Shown here piece after piece: positions 63,301-64,000 of a stretch of DNA of 64,000 bases; the first letter of the stretch is position 1; the number at the start of each line of letters is the position of its first letter. The translations under genes were made by a program, and so were the position numbers. Origin of the DNA: Candidatus Magasanikiibacteriota bacterium (GTDB lineage Bacteria; Patescibacteriota; Patescibacteriia; Magasanikbacterales; GWA2-37-8); NCBI GenBank assembly GCA_023246655.1, contig JAHFHX010000002.1, positions 31,693-95,692 on the forward strand. Direction: 5' to 3'. The notes beneath the pieces are model-generated. The model was not told the origin of the DNA and searched no databases. It was given only the letters and a program-made list of their open reading frames with translations.

Positions 63301-63984
63301 TCGCCCAGCACTAATACACGTTAAAATATCTTGCGCCTCAGCGTCATCAGGATACAGGTAATGAGCGTCGCGAGTGACCACAAGGGGGATCTTGGTATCT
63401 TTGGAAAGTTTAACCAGCTGTGTATTGATCTCAATCTGACCGGAGAGATTTGGTAAATCATTTAATTCCAGATAAAAATTATTTTCCCCAAAGATATTTT
63501 TGTATTCAAGGGCAACCTGTGTCGCTTTGCTATAATTGTTCTCTTTTTTAATGAGCGAGGGAATCTCTCCTTCTAAACATCCGGACAAACCGATAAGACC
63601 TTCATGGTGGTCCTGGATACTTTGTTTGGTAAGAACCGGCTTATCTTTAAGCCCCTTAAGATGCGCGACCGATACTAACTGCAACAAATTTTTATAACCA
63701 GTATAATTCTCTGCCAATACAACCAAGTGGTAATACTTGTGCTCGGTAATATTTTTATCATCCAAATTATAGGGTGTTACATAAATCTCTACACCAATAA
63801 TCGGTTTAATTCCCGCGTCCTCGCATGCTTCATAAAATTCAATTGCCCCATACATATTAGCGTGGTCAGTTAAGGCGAGCGCTGTCATACCTTGGCGCTT
63901 AGCAGCCTTAACCAGCTCATCAATTTTGGGGATGGCATCAAGAAGCGAATAATGCGAGTGAACGTGGAGGTGAACGAAATCCAT
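60382..63984 (-). CDS. dnaE: DNA polymerase III subunit alpha with in-frame repeat insertion
   Basis: PHP HLHVHSHYS, RGSGAGS, PDIDADF, YGFNKAHA. Confidence 0.98.
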   Translation of the reverse strand: MDFVHLHVHSHYSLLDAIPKIDELVKAAKRQGMTALALTDHANMYGAIEFYEACEDAGIKPIIGVEIYVTPYNLDDKNITEHKYYHLVVLAENYTGYKNLLQLVSVAHLKGLKDKPVLTKQSIQDHHEGLIGLSGCLEGEIPSLIKKENNYSKATQVALEYKNIFGENNFYLELNDLPNLSGQIEINTQLVKLSKDTKIPLVVTRDAHYLYPDDAEAQDILTCISAGRTVDEPNRPTMAEVDYSLASGAEIAARFKHLPEALENTVKIAERIDLKLKLNKWHFPAIEIPAGQTADEYLRHEVYHRLPLLTEMTEEVIKRVEYELDTIVKKGYSSYFLVVADYVNYARTHSIIETTRGSGAGSIVSYAMGITSVNPLHFKLPFERFLNPFRPSPPDIDADFADDRRDEMIAYVTQKYGADKVAQIITFGTMAARGSIRDVGRALGYSYSFCDQVSKMIPFGAQGFQMTIAKALDLEPDLKALYTKNPQVKRLIDLAQKIEGCARHTSIHAAGVVIAPTAFTDFTPVQFESGGEKIVTQYEMHAVEAAGLLKMDFLGIRNLSILGHAVEIVEKTTGQKVDIHNLQPWDDKKTYDMLARGETVGVFQLAGSGMTRYLKELKPTTIFDIMAMVALFRPGPMEQIPEYIRRKNHPELIEYLDPRMKDYLDQSLGLIVYQDDVLLTAIQLAGYNWEEADKFRKAMGKKIPAEMAKQKEKFFKGCKEHGKISELKIHRLWELIEPFAAYGFNKAHAASYGVVAYQTAYLKANFPIQYMTAVLIAESGDVDKVPPIIHECERMGIKVLPPDVNESFKNFAMVASETSPPTLSPSSEGLRSAEARENIAASPSQRAHPERSEGRDQREISSNGAHIRFGLNGIKNLGEHIAEVMYRERKEHGRYTNLENFLSRVQDKDLNKKSLESLIKCGAMDSLGYDRGILLFNIDNLLSFIKGHHEEITTKQASLFAGTAVGFSNAVRLTAAPPASSEEKMAWEKELLGLYVTAHPFAEYQKLLHSVLTPITELGAQGRGQWVVVGGVIESTKKKITRSSQPMMFVTIQDTTASLELLVFPRTYEATKEVWVEGKPVCVIGKTSEDEGDDKLFVEKAYTVSKDTLPLLVQQLAINNGGSSLRNFVAPEVAEKLNTNNFEINLSPEQMKTKAEAIKEILRNSPGDKTVYLKVGEKRIKTTYKINDPDKVRAALNSLL
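61400..61535. repeat. Family B composite insertion in dnaE (boundaries approximate)
   Basis: Extra peptide ASETSPPTLSPSSEGLRSAEA...REISS between NF and IRFGL; shares an arm with the MBL insertion. Confidence 0.85.
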
Positions 63985-64000
63985 ATTGAAAATGTCTAAT

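Overview
A 64-kb window of a small-genome bacterium, most likely Patescibacteria/CPR (inferred from SD-less AT-rich translation starts, LeuS with an inserted hydrolase domain, Fe-S-less MutY and many orphan ORFs). It carries housekeeping genes (rsmA, tsaC, prfB, groES/EL with CIRCE, yidC, nusA, leuS, mutM, trxA, infB, truB, rny, two HU, mutY, tsaD, prs, dnaE), two tRNAs, a SAM-I riboswitch, a HicBA toxin-antitoxin pair, ComEC genes, two CARDB-type surface proteins and a redox cluster (3 MsrB, MsrA, glutaredoxin, TlpA-like proteins, CcdA). Four signals stand out. (1) At least three families of palindromic repeats, many inserted in frame into conserved genes; in three places inverted arms enclose a small gene (GIY-YIG nuclease, GxxExxY protein, four-helix-bundle protein), suggesting autonomous elements plus empty derivatives. 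(2) Seven isolated GC-rich loci with strong Shine-Dalgarno sites, several with their own promoter and three sharing a GCAAGCAAC 3' motif, in a genome whose core genes lack SD sites. (3) A 41%-methionine peptide sharing a palindromic operator with the Msr/thioredoxin genes. (4) An orphan SAM-I riboswitch behind tRNA(CAT) and a structured ~250-nt candidate RNA before rny. All calls come from reading the sequence; no database searches were run, and repeat boundaries are approximate.
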